A stretch of 64,000 bases of DNA. Origin: the human T2T-CHM13v2.0 reference genome, Homo sapiens. The notes beneath the pieces are model-generated. The model was not told the origin of the DNA. It did no database searches and saw nothing but the letters and a program-made list of their open reading frames with translations. The DNA is taken from assembly GCF_009914755.1 (NCBI RefSeq), contig NC_060941.1; one strand, written 5' to 3'. The translations under genes and the position numbers were made by a program. Below, piece by piece: positions 1 to 17,207 of the stretch (its first letter is position 1; every line of letters begins with the position of its first letter).

Positions 1-321
1 AAGAGTAATAAAGCTACCCAGCCTGGGTTTGCGATAGGGAAGGTACAGTTTCAGGGCAGGTAAACTAAATTTGATAGTGATGATGAATGTGATGGAGAAT
101 GGTGCAACTGAGCCAATGAAAAGAGCAAAAGAAGAAACAAAGAAGAACCTGCGCCACAAGGACAAAAAACAGAAAATGGTGCCAGAGACCAGTAGTTGAG
201 TGCACAGATTTTTAAATTCATTTTAATTAGGTTTTAAGCTGCTTTTGTTTTGGGACTTTTAAAACAAAATCCAAATTAGGCCTACTATTCAATGTCCACC
301 TGCAAGAAAGGAAAACTTTCA

Positions 322-1198
<877 letters not shown>

Positions 1199-2202
1199 AG
1201 AAAGGAAGCTTTTTTGTTGTTGTTTAACTTGTCTTTTTTGTTATTCACATGAGAATTTTTTTGAATGTATAGTTCTATTTGTGTAATTTCAGATGATTCA
1301 ATATCAAAAGGAAGATTCTTCCATGAAATTGCCTTTGTAATATAAGAATGTATTAGTACAAACTAAGAAAATATATGCTATATAAAAAGAGCAAAAACTT
1401 AGTTTATTTTTACCTTTTTGTGCCCAAAGCATTTGAGAATGAATTTTAAACTAGAATGTTGGCTATTGATTATGGGCCCTTCCCACAGATAATTTATCCT
1501 GTCTCCTAGGCTGGCCTTCTGTATTTACACAGGCAGCCTGGTAACATTAGAAAGAATTACTTGTCACAAAGCTTTTCAATACTATATGTAGACTGACTAA
1601 AATCAAGAGACTTACTGATTTCTTTGTATGAAAGTTGTGTGACGCTGGCAGGTCATATCTGTAAAACAGAAGCCACCTAAGGTCATTTCCAAACACTTAA
1701 CCACCTTTGACTAAAACAACAACAACAACAACTACAACAAAAACTAAGAAAAGTATTAAATACTGGTAAGCTGAACATTTTAGATCTGTCCCTTTAACTT
1801 ATGCATATACTGGCTTGATATGTCCCCCAACATCAGCCATGGAAAACAGAGCCTGGCTCTTCTGCTATAATGGCCATTTATACTGAAATTTGAGGTTATA
1901 GTGAAGAATTTAGAAGGATAACAAGTGGACAAAAAAAGTAAATCCTATGAAAATGATAGTACCTTTCTATTTTAAATTTCCTAATAATTTATAGCTAACT
2001 TAATCTCATAATAACCATGCTTATTTCAGAATTTTCTTGTCTAGATTTTAGAAATGGCAATAAGTAACTAATTATTTTCCTCCTAAGCTCTCAAATGAAA
2101 ACCAGTTTTTCATATTTTTTCCTTTTAAAGAATAATGTAGATTCTCCAAACTTTTACTACTGATCTATTTTAGAGGAATGGCAGTGAGTCTACTCCTGTA
2201 TA

Positions 2203-2372
2203 ATGCAGCTCTCAAATTTTAATGTGTAATAAAATCACCTAGGGATCTTGTTGAAATGCAGATTGTAATTCAGTAGGGCTGGGTGGGTGGAGCCTGAAGT
2301 TATTTATTTCTAACAAGCTCTGCGAGGGATGTCAATGTTAATGGTCTGAGGACCACATTTGGAGGAACAGCG
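2203..2372. mobile_element. MER5A-like hAT-Charlie MITE
   Basis: AATCACCTAGGGATCTTGTTGAAATGCAGATT...TTTCTAACAAGCTC...GGTCTGAGGACCACATTT. Confidence 0.75.
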
Positions 2373-2994
2373 TTCTGGCTTGGTGGTATACTGTTGGGAC
2401 TGTTCTAAGGTATTCCATACTACATATTGTAATTCCTAAAACTGTATAGAGAATCCAATACTAAATATAATAGGAAGACCAACAGATTTTAATAAATATA
2501 TTACATTACCAATTATTATGAACAGTAATATATCTAGTTGTATGTTTAACACCACAGTGCCAATTAATGATTAATTTATTGTGAAAAAAATATGTTCTCT
2601 TATTGCACTCTTCTTTCAGACTTTTCAAAATTATTTGGATTATAGTTAGCTTCTAATTATAAGCTTTTCCTGTTTTGATGTTTGTGCTTTTACCCAATTT
2701 AGTAATAAAAATGTATCAAACATGGAAAAAATGGTGAGGCAGAGGAAGGATATTTATTTGATAATGAAAAATATTATCCCACCAGATTTATTTTTTATAT
2801 TGCCCATCTTCTGATGGCTTCCAAGTATGCTTAATTAGAAAACTATTTTTGGTGAAAAAAGGGGATGGAAATTCTTATAATCTCTTTAGGATTTTGGGGT
2901 GCATATTTATGGTACTATTTCTAGATGTATATTTGGAATCTTTATTACTTCCTTTGGAAAGTTAATGAGGGCAGAGAGGATCTTTCTCCCTTCT

Positions 2995-3190
2995 CACTGT
3001 GGAAAATTCCAAACATACACAAAACTAGAAAATAATAGTATAGTGAGCCTCCATGTACCTATCAGCCAGCTATAACAATGATCAACTAATGACCAATCCT
3101 GTTTTCATCTGTAATTCTACCTCCCACCTTCATCCCTGCACTGGGTTATTTTGAAGCTAATCCCAGACATTATAATATATTATCCCTATT
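2995..3190 (-). mobile_element. Old L1MC-type 3'UTR fragment
   Basis: GGAAAATTCCAAACATACACAAAA...TTATTTTGAAGCTAATCCCAGACAT; similar copies near 13150 and 51300. Confidence 0.55.
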
Positions 3191-4603
3191 TTGATGATGG
3201 ATAAATAAGTGTCCAGCCATTCTAGTGCCGTTACTTACTTAGTACAGAATCCAAAACTCCAACCACCCAGTAAATACTTATTGAGTACTTGTTCTGTGAC
3301 ACGTACTAGTCTAGGCTCAGCATATATAAAACACAACATAAACTTTTGGAGAAATTCACATTAGGTACTAGCTAGTTACGTAAGGCATGGTTACTCACTT
3401 CTACTTAAAAATTGCTAATTGCTTTCCATCATATTACTCGAGCTTTATTACCAAAAAAAAAAAAAAAAAAGAAGAAAGGAAAAGCCCACAGTAATCTGCT
3501 GGTCCTACTTCCTTTGCCTTACTGACTTAACCTTCCACTCACAACATGGCTTATCCCACCCAACCACAGTGGCCTCCTAGCTGTTACTTATTCCCTTTAT
3601 GTTTACATCTCAAAATCTTTGTACTTAACATTCCCTTGGTCACACCTCTCCTTCAGATATTTGCATAACATATTACCTCACCTCTTTAAAATCTTCTCTG
3701 CCCTCATCTGCTTTCCAGCCTCTACATATTTTCCATATTCACATTTTTCACTAGTATTTAAGGGGTGGGAATTTCAAGGATCCTCTTGTTCTCTTCTGTA
3801 TTAAGAATTAATATAGAATTTAGTGGTGGGAAGATAACTTAGCCTTTTGAAAATATCATTACTTATCAGCCTTTCAATGTATATCAATTATTTCCAAAAG
3901 AATGCTGAAATAATAGTTATTGTGATATTCTTTTCTTCTTGATATAATTTGTCATCACAAGAATGTAGGTGTATGCTTTTGTGATCATTTGTGTTTTGTA
4001 CAAATGCCACCATGCCGCTTGGCTGTAGAACTATGATTTTGAAGAACTAGCAGCTAAAAGTTTTGATTACTGCAGATCTTACACTTTAATACTGTGTATG
4101 CCTCTGCTGAGTAATTCACTGAATTAGCATTTCTCCTCTTGCAGCAAGTTAAGATAAGCTTTTTGTGAGTCTGTGTCTTTTAAAATCTTGCCCTAGGTTA
4201 TGCTTTGTCTACTTTATTTGTATCTGTTTCACTAAGATACAGTTTTTCAAAATACTACCTTGTTCTAGCAAGAGCTCAGTGAGGTTGGCATTCTCTTTCA
4301 CTGCTTGGGTAAGTGTATAACTCTTTCTGGGAACATATATTAAGAAATTTATATATTTACATCCTCTGATTTCATATGTAGGAATCTAACTCAAGGAAAT
4401 TTTTGTATGTTGATGTGTATATATAAATGTCTTTTGGTGGTAGAAATTATGAGGGTTTTCAGCTTCTCATTCTTTTCTATTTCTTCCACACTTCTTTAAT
4501 GATCATCTCTTACTTTCTTACTTTTCTTTCTACTTACCTCCCCTCTTTTTCTCTGTTCCTCCCAGTACTTCATTGCTTGATTTCTCTGAGTATTAAAATG
4601 GTA

Positions 4604-4908
4604 GGCCAGGCGTGGTGGTTCATGCCTGTAATCCCAGCACTCTGAGAGCCAAAGCCAGAGGATCACTTGAGGCCAGGAGTTTGACACCAGCCTGGTCAAC
4701 ATTGTGAGATCCTGTCTCTACAAGGAAGAAAATATTGGGCAGGCATTGGTAGCTCATGCCTGTAGTCTCAGCTACTTATTAGACTGAGGTGAGAAGATGG
4801 TTTGAGCCCAGAAGTTTGAGGTTACAGTGAGCTATGATCATGCCACTGTAATCCAGCATGTGTAACACAGCAAGATCCTATCTCTTAAGAAAAAAAAAAA
4901 AAAAAAAA
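4604..4908 (+). mobile_element. Alu, AluJ-like
   Basis: Diverged full dimer with A-tail. Confidence 0.9.
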
Positions 4909-5673
4909 GATTAAATACAATCATGTATGAGGTTGGGGGGTTATATGGGAAATATCCGTATCTTTAGCTCAACTTTGCTGTGAACCTAAAACTGCTGTTA
5001 AAAAAAAAAAGAAGAAAAAAAGAAAAAAATACCTTTAGAGACATGGAGACAGACAGAGTGAGTGAGTCGTAGCTTCCAAAGAAGAGACTAAGATTTTGAG
5101 GAGATAATATCTGGTTCATATTAGGAACTCAGTAAATATTTTTGAATCATTGTATTGTTTTACTAAGCAAATGTTCCTATTTGAATGAAAAAGTAGGCTG
5201 TTGTAATTTGACTATGTCATACCACTTAAGAATCATGAAAACTACTCAGGTATCTAAGAAAGATGATGTATTTCTCTGGATAAATGAATTTTTTTTAGGA
5301 CTGAAAGCATTTTTTCTATTAAGTGTGCATGTTTATGCCTAGCATTTATATGAAGCTACTAAATAAACTCTTTTAAAGAATCCTAATGTCATCCCCCAAT
5401 GAATAGATTTGTCGCTGCTCTTCAGTGTACTTTTGCTATTAGCATATGTAGTTAGTTGTTTATTTCTTTTATTGCAAGAAGATGGCATTACTAAATTTCT
5501 GTAGATATTTTTTAAAGTATCTTATTCCTAAGAACTTCATTCTTACTTGTTCAATAATTGTTTGAATTGCCTTTTTGCTTTAAAGTATTATATTTTATCT
5601 TATAAATTACCATAGTATCCAAAATGGTTGTGCCCACGTCTGTTTTTCCACTGCATGGAATGAAGTGGTTTAA

Positions 5674-5805
<132 letters not shown>

Positions 5806-6099
5806 TGAAATATTGAGAGTATTAAAGTAAAATAAAACAGAAATTTACTGTTTTTATTCTTTTCCTTAGAGGTAAAAGGGGAGAATTGGTAACTCTTTAT
5901 TGGATTATCAAGAATTAGTTGTCTTTCCATATTACAAATTACTCCACAAATATTGCTGCAGGTGTACATATACATATTATATATACATTATACGTGTGTG
6001 TATATATATATATGTTAGCTTCCATAAACATGGCATAAAATTTGTGTATTTTTCACACAATCCATTTAAAGCCTTAGGGCCTTGGAATCAATTAATTTA

Positions 6100-6390
6100 T
6101 TAATTTTTGAGACAGAGTCTTGCTCTGTCACCCAAGCTGGAGTGCAGTGACACGACCTTGGCTCACTGCAACCTCCAATTCCTGGTTTCAAGCGATTCTC
6201 ATGCCTCAGCTTCTTGAGTAGCTGGGATTACAGGCATGCACCACCATGCCTGGCTAATTTTTGTATTTTTAGTAGAGAAGGGGTTTCGCCATGTTGGCCA
6301 GGTTGGTCTTGAACTCCTGACTTCAAGCAATCCACCCTTCTTGGCCTCCCAAAGTGCTGGGATTACAGACGTGAGCCACTGTGGCCAGCC
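6100..6390 (-). mobile_element. Alu, AluS-like
   Basis: Antisense full dimer. Confidence 0.92.
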
Positions 6391-6652
6391 AGGAGCTTGG
6401 AATTTAAATAGGCTCTTTGGAACACATTTTCATCAGGTTTAAAATAAAAGTTGACCTTGATGAAACAGTGAAGCCACTCAGCAATCTTTGGGATTTGTTT
6501 TGTGGAGCCAACATTTTCCGAAGATTGAGTTCATACTTTCATTATTGGAAATATAACATTCCACCCTGCAGAAATTCTGATGGTGCCTTGGTTTCCTTTC
6601 CTAAGCCCATGTAATGCTGCTTTTAGTGGTCTCTAAGCCAGCCCTACAACAT

Positions 6653-6833
6653 TGCTGGGACTGCAGGCACGCATCACCATGCTGGCTAATTTGTTTTTTT
6701 TGTTTGTTTTTTAATGTAGAGACAGGATCTCCCTATGTTGCTTAGGCTGGTCTTGAACTCCTGGGCTCAAGCAATCCTCCTGTGTTGGCCTCCCAAAGTG
6801 CTGGGATTACAGGCAAGAGCCACCATGCCCAGT
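6653..6833 (-). mobile_element. Partial Alu (J-type left arm)
   Basis: GCTGGGACTGCAGGC...CTCCTGGGCTCAAGCAATCCTCC...GGGATTACAGGC. Confidence 0.85.
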
Positions 6834-8011
6834 CTCCAACAGCTTCACTGACCATCCCTCCCCTTGCCAGGTGAAGCTGTCTTCATCTCAAGGGCTTTGA
6901 AATAAAAGATACTTGGGCAGATGTCAAAATGATGGGATTACAAATGACTTCATTACAAATGCTGTTATGTCTGCCTCAAGTCTGACATCATTTTATGAAG
7001 CTAATGACCTATCTCAGGTTACCAATCTGACAGCTTTTCATCGGACAGGTGCCTCAAAAATGTGGAGGCCATTTGTAGTTTCATTTCTTTCTCAAGGAGG
7101 GTAGCCTGAAAACTAAAGTCTGGAAAATCAAAAGTAAAGTAAACTGGAAAATCAAGCAGTGTCTAGGTAACATGTATTTATTTCATCACACCAAAAATAT
7201 TCATAGGAAGTTCCTTGAAGGAAGTTGATTCTTCAGTTCCTGGCATGTGGCGGTCCATCCTTTCTTAATGTTAGGAAGATAAAGTAAACCCCAAATGTGT
7301 GTTTTTTCCAAAATCAAAATGTTGTCCAAGGAATGCTGGCAGAGAAACCACTGTCCTTCACTTCAACTTTTCAATTAGAAAAAGGGGTAATGTGTGCTGT
7401 CAGTGTGAAAGTATATACAATGTGTTTGTCCGGCACACAACAGGAGAGTGAATAGGAACATCTGGCCATCGCCTCGGTGAAATTGAACAGGCATCTGTTT
7501 ACCTCTGGGCTCTGTGACACTGATGGTTTTGAGCTTAAAGTACACAGAATGCTTTATCTGTGGCCTAATTTACATTGCTGAATACAACTACTTGAATCAG
7601 AAATCACTGTCCTCAATCTGAGCATTTTTCTCCCTGTGATTAGTAGGAATGTGAATATTGTTCCAAAGACCATGATGCTTTTGCCCTTTTGGACTCACAC
7701 AGGGCTACACTCTGTGAACCTTTTCAGTTATGTTTTGTTAAGAATTAATCACCACAATCAGAGAAATGTGATTAAATATAAAAGAACTCAGGACAAAAAT
7801 AAGGCATGTGGGAAGTCAATTACATAAAGTATTTGCACAGGCATGAATGTACCATTGACAAGACATTTAAACTAGTTTGTATATTTAGTCTCTCATTCGA
7901 GTTGATTATTTGTAAAAAAAAAAAAAAATCATGTAATATATATATTTTCAGGTTTTTCCAAGTGTCTTCTACCCACTTCTTTGACTTTATAATGTTTAAT
8001 AAAGTATTGGC

Positions 8012-8448
<437 letters not shown>

Positions 8449-9084
8449 TTAATGGTATTTGGAAGACAAAAATCTAGTTTGAGAGAAAATATATAATAAT
8501 GTTTTCATTTAAAAGTGGATTGGGGTAATATTAGGGCAGTATAATAAATATTATAATATTTTATTGTGGAAATAAAGTGGCTTTGGGCATTAAAATTATT
8601 TCAGACCTTTACTTTTCCTTGGATGGTTCAAGAACAACTTCACGTTTGTCATAAGCTTGATCCTCAGTGAAGGAATTGCTTTTAATCTGTGGATTAATAG
8701 GTGTAGTATTCAGTGCATGCCCACAACATGGTAAGTACTGTCTAGAATGAATGAAAAGGTAGACCCTACGGAGCTGACACTAGTTATATGAGGCAAGCAA
8801 CTGGTCCTTTTACTTTCATGTGATTTTTGTCTTGTATATGTGTGTGAGGTGTGCATGTGTGTCTGTGTATGTATATGTACACAAAATGTATTTTTGGCTT
8901 ATGTTGATGAAAAGCAGTAGAGGGATATTTTGAATGTCTACATCAGCTGTGATTATCATCACCTTTTAATTATGGGTGTCCTATCCCTTTGCCACTTTAA
9001 CATGGGCTTCTTGAAGAATGTGGGTGTTAAGAGGAAGAATGGGGGATTGTGAAGTCTCTCAAATCAGGATCACAAACCATTTAA

Positions 9085-9306
<222 letters not shown>

Positions 9307-10161
9307 TAGGAAATGAGAATTAGGGAGTGATTTGAACAAAAGGATTAATATGTTCGTGTGAAATGAGCATCATATGTAATATTTAGGTTTCCCCTTTTGG
9401 CACAGTATCATGTTGCAGACTACATGTACTGTTGCACGTAATTCCCTGTCATTACTTGAGATGGTATATAGGGTCTCGTGGGATCACATTACGTGCAATA
9501 AATACTTGCTTTTCAGATTATATTCTCCCTAAATCTAATAGTCACTGCACTTTTCAAGCAATTCCACTTTTTGATGCTTTGCTTATATTTCTAACTGCTT
9601 GAATCTGATTATGTATTCTTTTCCTGATCTTTCTGAAGTTGGCACCACCTTTCAATTAAATTTCATCTGTGATTTTTATCTAATCCTGTATCTCCCTTCT
9701 TTTAGATTATATAAAGTTTTTGGATGGAAAAACGTTGGTATAAATTCAATTATAGTTTATCTTCTATATTTTTATAATACATGTTCTCTCATCCTTATTT
9801 GTAGGAATCCTAGGACAGGTGTACAAATTATGCTTTTTATTATTAGCTTTTTTTTTTAATTGCAACTCAGACAGTTTTGACTTGCAGTCTCAAGTTTGCT
9901 TAGCAGTTTAATTTGTTATACCAAGACTTGACACATTAGGGTGCAACAGATAATGAAGGACTCAGTCTAATGTAATATAATCTCCCTTTTCTTGTCTTCT
10001 CTTTAAAAAAAACTCTATAGTATATCTTGAATTGAATATAAAACAACCCTCTGACCTTTTTCTTGCACACCTTTTAAAAAATAGTGGGAAAAAATGTTCC
10101 AGTTACATAGTGGAAATACGTTTTTGTCTTCTTTGTCAGTAACAATAAAAAATTTTTATAA

Positions 10162-10980
<819 letters not shown>

Positions 10981-11238
10981 TCATCTCTTTAAATTACTCC
11001 ACAAACTACCTACTCAAGACAGAATCTAGAGGTTATCCTTGAAATCTCTCCTTTCACAGATGCCACATCTAATTCTTCACCAACTTATGTCATTTCTATT
11101 CAAAATACATCTAGAAACCTTCCACTCCTCTCCATTCCTAATGCCAGCACCCTAGCAACATCTCACAGACTCCTAACTGCTGTCCCTTTTTACATTTTTG
11201 CTTTCCCCTGACTGATGTATCTTCTTAAAGAATGATTC

Positions 11239-11655
<417 letters not shown>

Positions 11656-12984
11656 CTACATTTTTTTTGTTCCAGCATAATTCCTCCAGCTTTCTAAAAA
11701 TGACATTTTTTGACCAAGATGTCAGGTAATAATGACAGAATACAGTGAGAGTGTCAGACCAATTTTCAGTGATGCTAATTGATTAAATATGGTCTAGATT
11801 AGGACCTGAAGCCATGATCAGGGAGTCAATTCTTTGCAGTCCTCAACTTAGTGATTCAGTGTACTCGTGTTTACAACAGTCATTTGGTTATTTAAATCTT
11901 AATAATAAAGCGTTTAAAATAAGTAACCAATTTATTCTCTTCACAACTATATAACACATTTAGTTTTTTTGCTAAACCGTGCACAAGACACTGTCTCATT
12001 TTTTTTCTAGTGATTGACCAGCTGCTATTTATAAAGCCCTGTGCTGTACTTTTTCTGAGGATGTCTTTGCCCCATTGTTTCGTGGCCTCCTCAGCTTTCT
12101 TTGTTACTCTTTTCCTCAGGTATAGTCCTTCTATTAAGATAATTCTAACTCGCTTCTTTTAAAAGCAGATATAGCTACTTTTCAGAATCCTTAAGAATTT
12201 TCCTCGCAGACTTTCCCTTTGTTAATAATAATAAATAACTCCCCAAATTTTGTTTAAATCTAAATGACTTTAAATTGTTTATGTTTGATTAGAATATTAT
12301 CCTGTTTACAGGACACATATAACCTTTAGAAACCTTTATACTGAGCAGCAGGTTTATAAATTTCTGTTAATTGCATTTGTAATTTATATTTTAAACTTTC
12401 AGCAGGTAAGCTTGGTTGGGACCTTGGCTAAGACCCTACAGCAGTTTTTATGGGAAATATAGATTTTATTCACATCAATTTTAAGTCCTTTTTAGTACCA
12501 CCATTTCCCACCCGGCATCCAATTAGAAACCCAACTATTGAGATTCTCCTCATTCTCGTTTATGATCACTCTAGCCCAGCTCCTTGTCTCTCATCTGATT
12601 TCTACACGCCTGTGCATGGTGGCCTATGGCCGACCATTGGCTTTACTTTCTCTCTTAAATTGTGAAGTCCTTGTTTAGATTTTTTGGGGCTCACCTGACC
12701 CTTGACACCTAGTACACTGTCCTGTACCCCATAGGATACCAATAATAATATGTAGTGCAGTGATAATCTTCCTCCCTGCCGCCTAACCAAAATGGGAAAC
12801 AGGCAGGCATAGTGTTGACTCTCATCCATAAGGGAATCAGGCAAGCTCCCTACACAGAGCAGGTGTTTAAAAAGAATGGGCAATGAAATATTTGCTAACA
12901 GACCTGAGAAACATATAATGTAAAAGATGCTGAGTATGCAAAGCCTCTCTTTCCACTCGATTAGCTCCTCAGAAATTGGTTATC

Positions 12985-13310
12985 ATTTATTTTATTTTAT
13001 TTAACTGAGATATAATTCACATAACATGAAATTTACCAGTTTTAAAATGTACAAGTCAGTGGGTTTTAGTATATTCACTATGTTTGGCATCCATCCCACT
13101 AATTTCAGAACGTTTCCATCATCCCAACCAGTTTTTCTCTTTTTTTAATTATGAAGAAAATTCAAACATGTATAAAATAAAAAGAAAAATAGCATAAACC
13201 CCCATATATCTGTTGTCCAGCTTCAGCTATCAAGTCATGGCCAATCTTGCTTCATCTGTAGCCCCATTCACACCCTACCTCCAACTCTGGATTATTCAGA
13301 AACCCCAATA
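12985..13310 (-). mobile_element. Old L1MB/L1MC 3'-end fragments
   Basis: TTGAG-like AACTGAGATATAATTCACATAACATGAAATTTACC...AGTATATTCAC. Confidence 0.6.
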
Positions 13311-14332
13311 TAAATTGACTAACTATAGGAGTTGTATTAGCCCACATAGGAAGTTGTTTAGACTAGAAGGGGGCATAATTTTGAATGGACTGACCATATC
13401 TAAGAGGCTAGCTTTTTGTTGCTCTCAAGAACAAGGAAACTTCTTTTCCAGACACTTTAAATAAACTTCTCTTTTCTAACTGGCCCACATTAGCTTAGGC
13501 TTACCTATCCCCTAACTAACCACTGCCGAGATGTGATGAGATTACCATGATTGGCTTAGAAAAATTAGCTGGGGTGGAATGAATATTGGGTAGTCCTACA
13601 TAGCAGTGATCAATATTTGTTAATCAGTATTTTCACCTTCCGGTAATAGATCATCCTATACCTCCCTCCTGTTTTTTCTTCCTCACAACAAAAGCATGCA
13701 TTTCATAACTAGTCTGCAGTTCATACTTGGCATTTCAGGCTTCTGTCATCTGTCCCATGTTTCTTATCAACTTTTTATCTTCCATCAATAGCCTTTATGA
13801 ACTCTATACTTCAGCCAAATCATGCACTTCAAGATGCCCTGAATCTATCGTATTCAGTCACTAATCTAAGTTTCTATATGTTGTAGTCCTGTGCTTAAAG
13901 GGCATTTCTTGCTCCTCTTCATTATGCGTATATACTATTACTATATACAGACCTAATCCCTGTTCCAGCTCTGCAAGATCTCTAACTGATGTGGACCCTG
14001 CATGTATTCCCCCATCTCCTCAATCTGAGCTTTTACTATTTATGTCATTCATATTTACACTTTAGTTTTATTTTGCATTGTCATGAATGTTCATGTGCTA
14101 TGTCATATATATACACATTGGTCTGTATTTTATGTTTTGTTTCTGCTTGTTCTCAGAGTAATGCCTACAAGCAATTAATATTCAGTAAATACTTACTGTA
14201 TGAATGAATTACCAGAAATGCATGCATATATTGTTGTAATAAGTTTTTGTTTCACTAAGTTGCCTGGGACTTTCAGATCTTTTAATCTTCCAGATACTTT
14301 TATGTTAATAGTATTTATTCTAATGCAGCTAG

Positions 14333-14587
<255 letters not shown>

Positions 14588-15225
14588 ATGTTTATTATTC
14601 TTAAGCAACTTTAAATTGTGTGTAGTAATTTGCACGTTTACTGAGGTTCTAATTGATTGTTGTATGCTAGTTGGTAATTTTATAAAGGTAGCTCAGTTAG
14701 TAGTGACCCACCCCGGCCACAGTACATCTTTGTTATCCTATGCTTACTGTCAGATATAAAGTAACTTTCATTGAGCATTTTAATGGAGCATCTCAAAATT
14801 TGAAATTACACATTGCTGCCTTTTATGGAACACATTAATAGCTATGGTGATATTAGTGAATTTCAGGATTCTCAAAACTCTTCATGTGTGTCCCTTGGAA
14901 ATCCCAAAGGTTTCAGTATAAACATTTTCAGTGTTTAATTTCCTCTCCCATTCTACTTATTGTATCCCTTTAAATTAATGTCAGCTTTTCAGTCCCTTCC
15001 TTAAAAATCTATGGAATAACACACAAAGATAAGTTAGAAGGGGTCCAGAGTGTAGAGAATATTTGTAGTGTTTTATCCTTGTGCAGCAATTAGGGACTGC
15101 AGCTCCCCTGTTTGTCTTGTTTTAGAATGGATGGTTCTTTAATGGATTGTGCTACTCCAGCATTCCTGATTTAAGGTCATTTGTAGCAAGTGACAGTTTT
15201 GATGCCAGTAACATATGTGAATTAA

Positions 15226-15387
<162 letters not shown>

Positions 15388-16819
15388 TAACTAATTTTCT
15401 CGCACAATGTAGAGGATGACATTTATTTGCTTTCCTCTCTGTTTTTTTGTTTTGTGGTGTGTGTGCATTTTAATACAGTACTGTGCCTATATTTCTTGCT
15501 GAACAATGCCATGCTTTTAAGCATTCCTAAGGTTGGTGAATGATGCAGTGGAGTTGGCACTTGATTAAATGTAATGAACATAGTATTGAAGGCTACAGGG
15601 TTGATGACTGTTTTGCCTTTGATCACTGAAATGTGGAGAAGCAACCTTGACAGAGAACGTAAATACAATCTATGGATTCAATTTACTCAACCTGTTGAGT
15701 ATCAAAGTGCCTAATCTGTGGGAGTAGAGAGGAGACAGTCCAAATGCTATAGCTTGAATGATTTTATTATCAAAAGCATCAAGTTTAAAAATTCATTAAC
15801 TTAACCCTGGTCTATCTATCACAGTTATTAATTTCCTATCCTTGGAAACAAGCTATGAATATGTATCATTAGTACAGAGAAGGAGATCTTTGCCTTTATA
15901 GGTGATCGTTGCTCCATTAGTATTATAAAACTTTTCAGCCAGGCCTACTAAATGGTAGAATTGTCTGTAGTGATATATTTTCTCGTCTCTAAGTCAAGTG
16001 ATAAAATAAGGACAGTGATGCCTTGCTTTATAGTGCAGCTGGGGAGCATCTGAAGACAGCGCATGGCAGGATTTTGTCCAAAAATTCTCTCTCAAGTAGA
16101 ATTATTAAATACTCGGCGTTAGTCAAACAGTTGAGTCAGAGAGGATTTTAATCTATAGCGATTTCAAAATCCCTAGAGACTGCTGATTTGATTGAGGCTT
16201 AAACTGTGAAAGAAAATGGAAACAAACACAAAACTGATTTGTGAAGGTCACTTTAAAAAGACCAAAGTTTCTGTCTGTGGATATGGATATATTTTTAAGT
16301 TTCAAAGCTAATGGGTTTTATACATATTCTTAGCTTTCTGATTTTTTGGTTAGTGGATTGTACCTTGCATCTTACTGAGCTGCCCCATCTAGGGCTATGC
16401 CTTCATTTTTAACGTAGACTATTACTTTAGAGGACTCATACTTGTTCCTACTGCTTTAACTTGGCAACCATGGTTGTCCCCTGGAAATGAGCATGGAAAT
16501 GTGTAGAGTCGCTATCATTGCTTCCCGGCACTGAATGAGATATCGAGATAGGGAACTTAAACAATAAATCTTTTTTATAGTCACATTCTGAGAATGCTAA
16601 GAGATTGTTGTGCTCGTTTGGAATGATCGTTTACAATTGTGAATCCTGGAAATGTTACATATTTTAATCTGAAGTATTTTATTCAAGATTACAAGAGTAG
16701 GCCTTGATTGGGCTTTTTAAACCTTCTTAAACTACCAGATTACTGATGTTTTATTGTCGAGTGACTAGCTACTAGGAACACATGCTGCCAAAGCAGTTAC
16801 CTTGTGTTATTAAAAGTAG

Positions 16820-17207
<388 letters not shown>

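Noticed and set aside
4125-4314. Acceptor CATTTCTCCTCTTGCAG (4144) with donors GTGAGT (4165) and GTAAGT (4309)
   Set aside because: Resulting 20- or 164-nt exons are not frame-preserving and show no coding signal; indistinguishable from background cryptic sites
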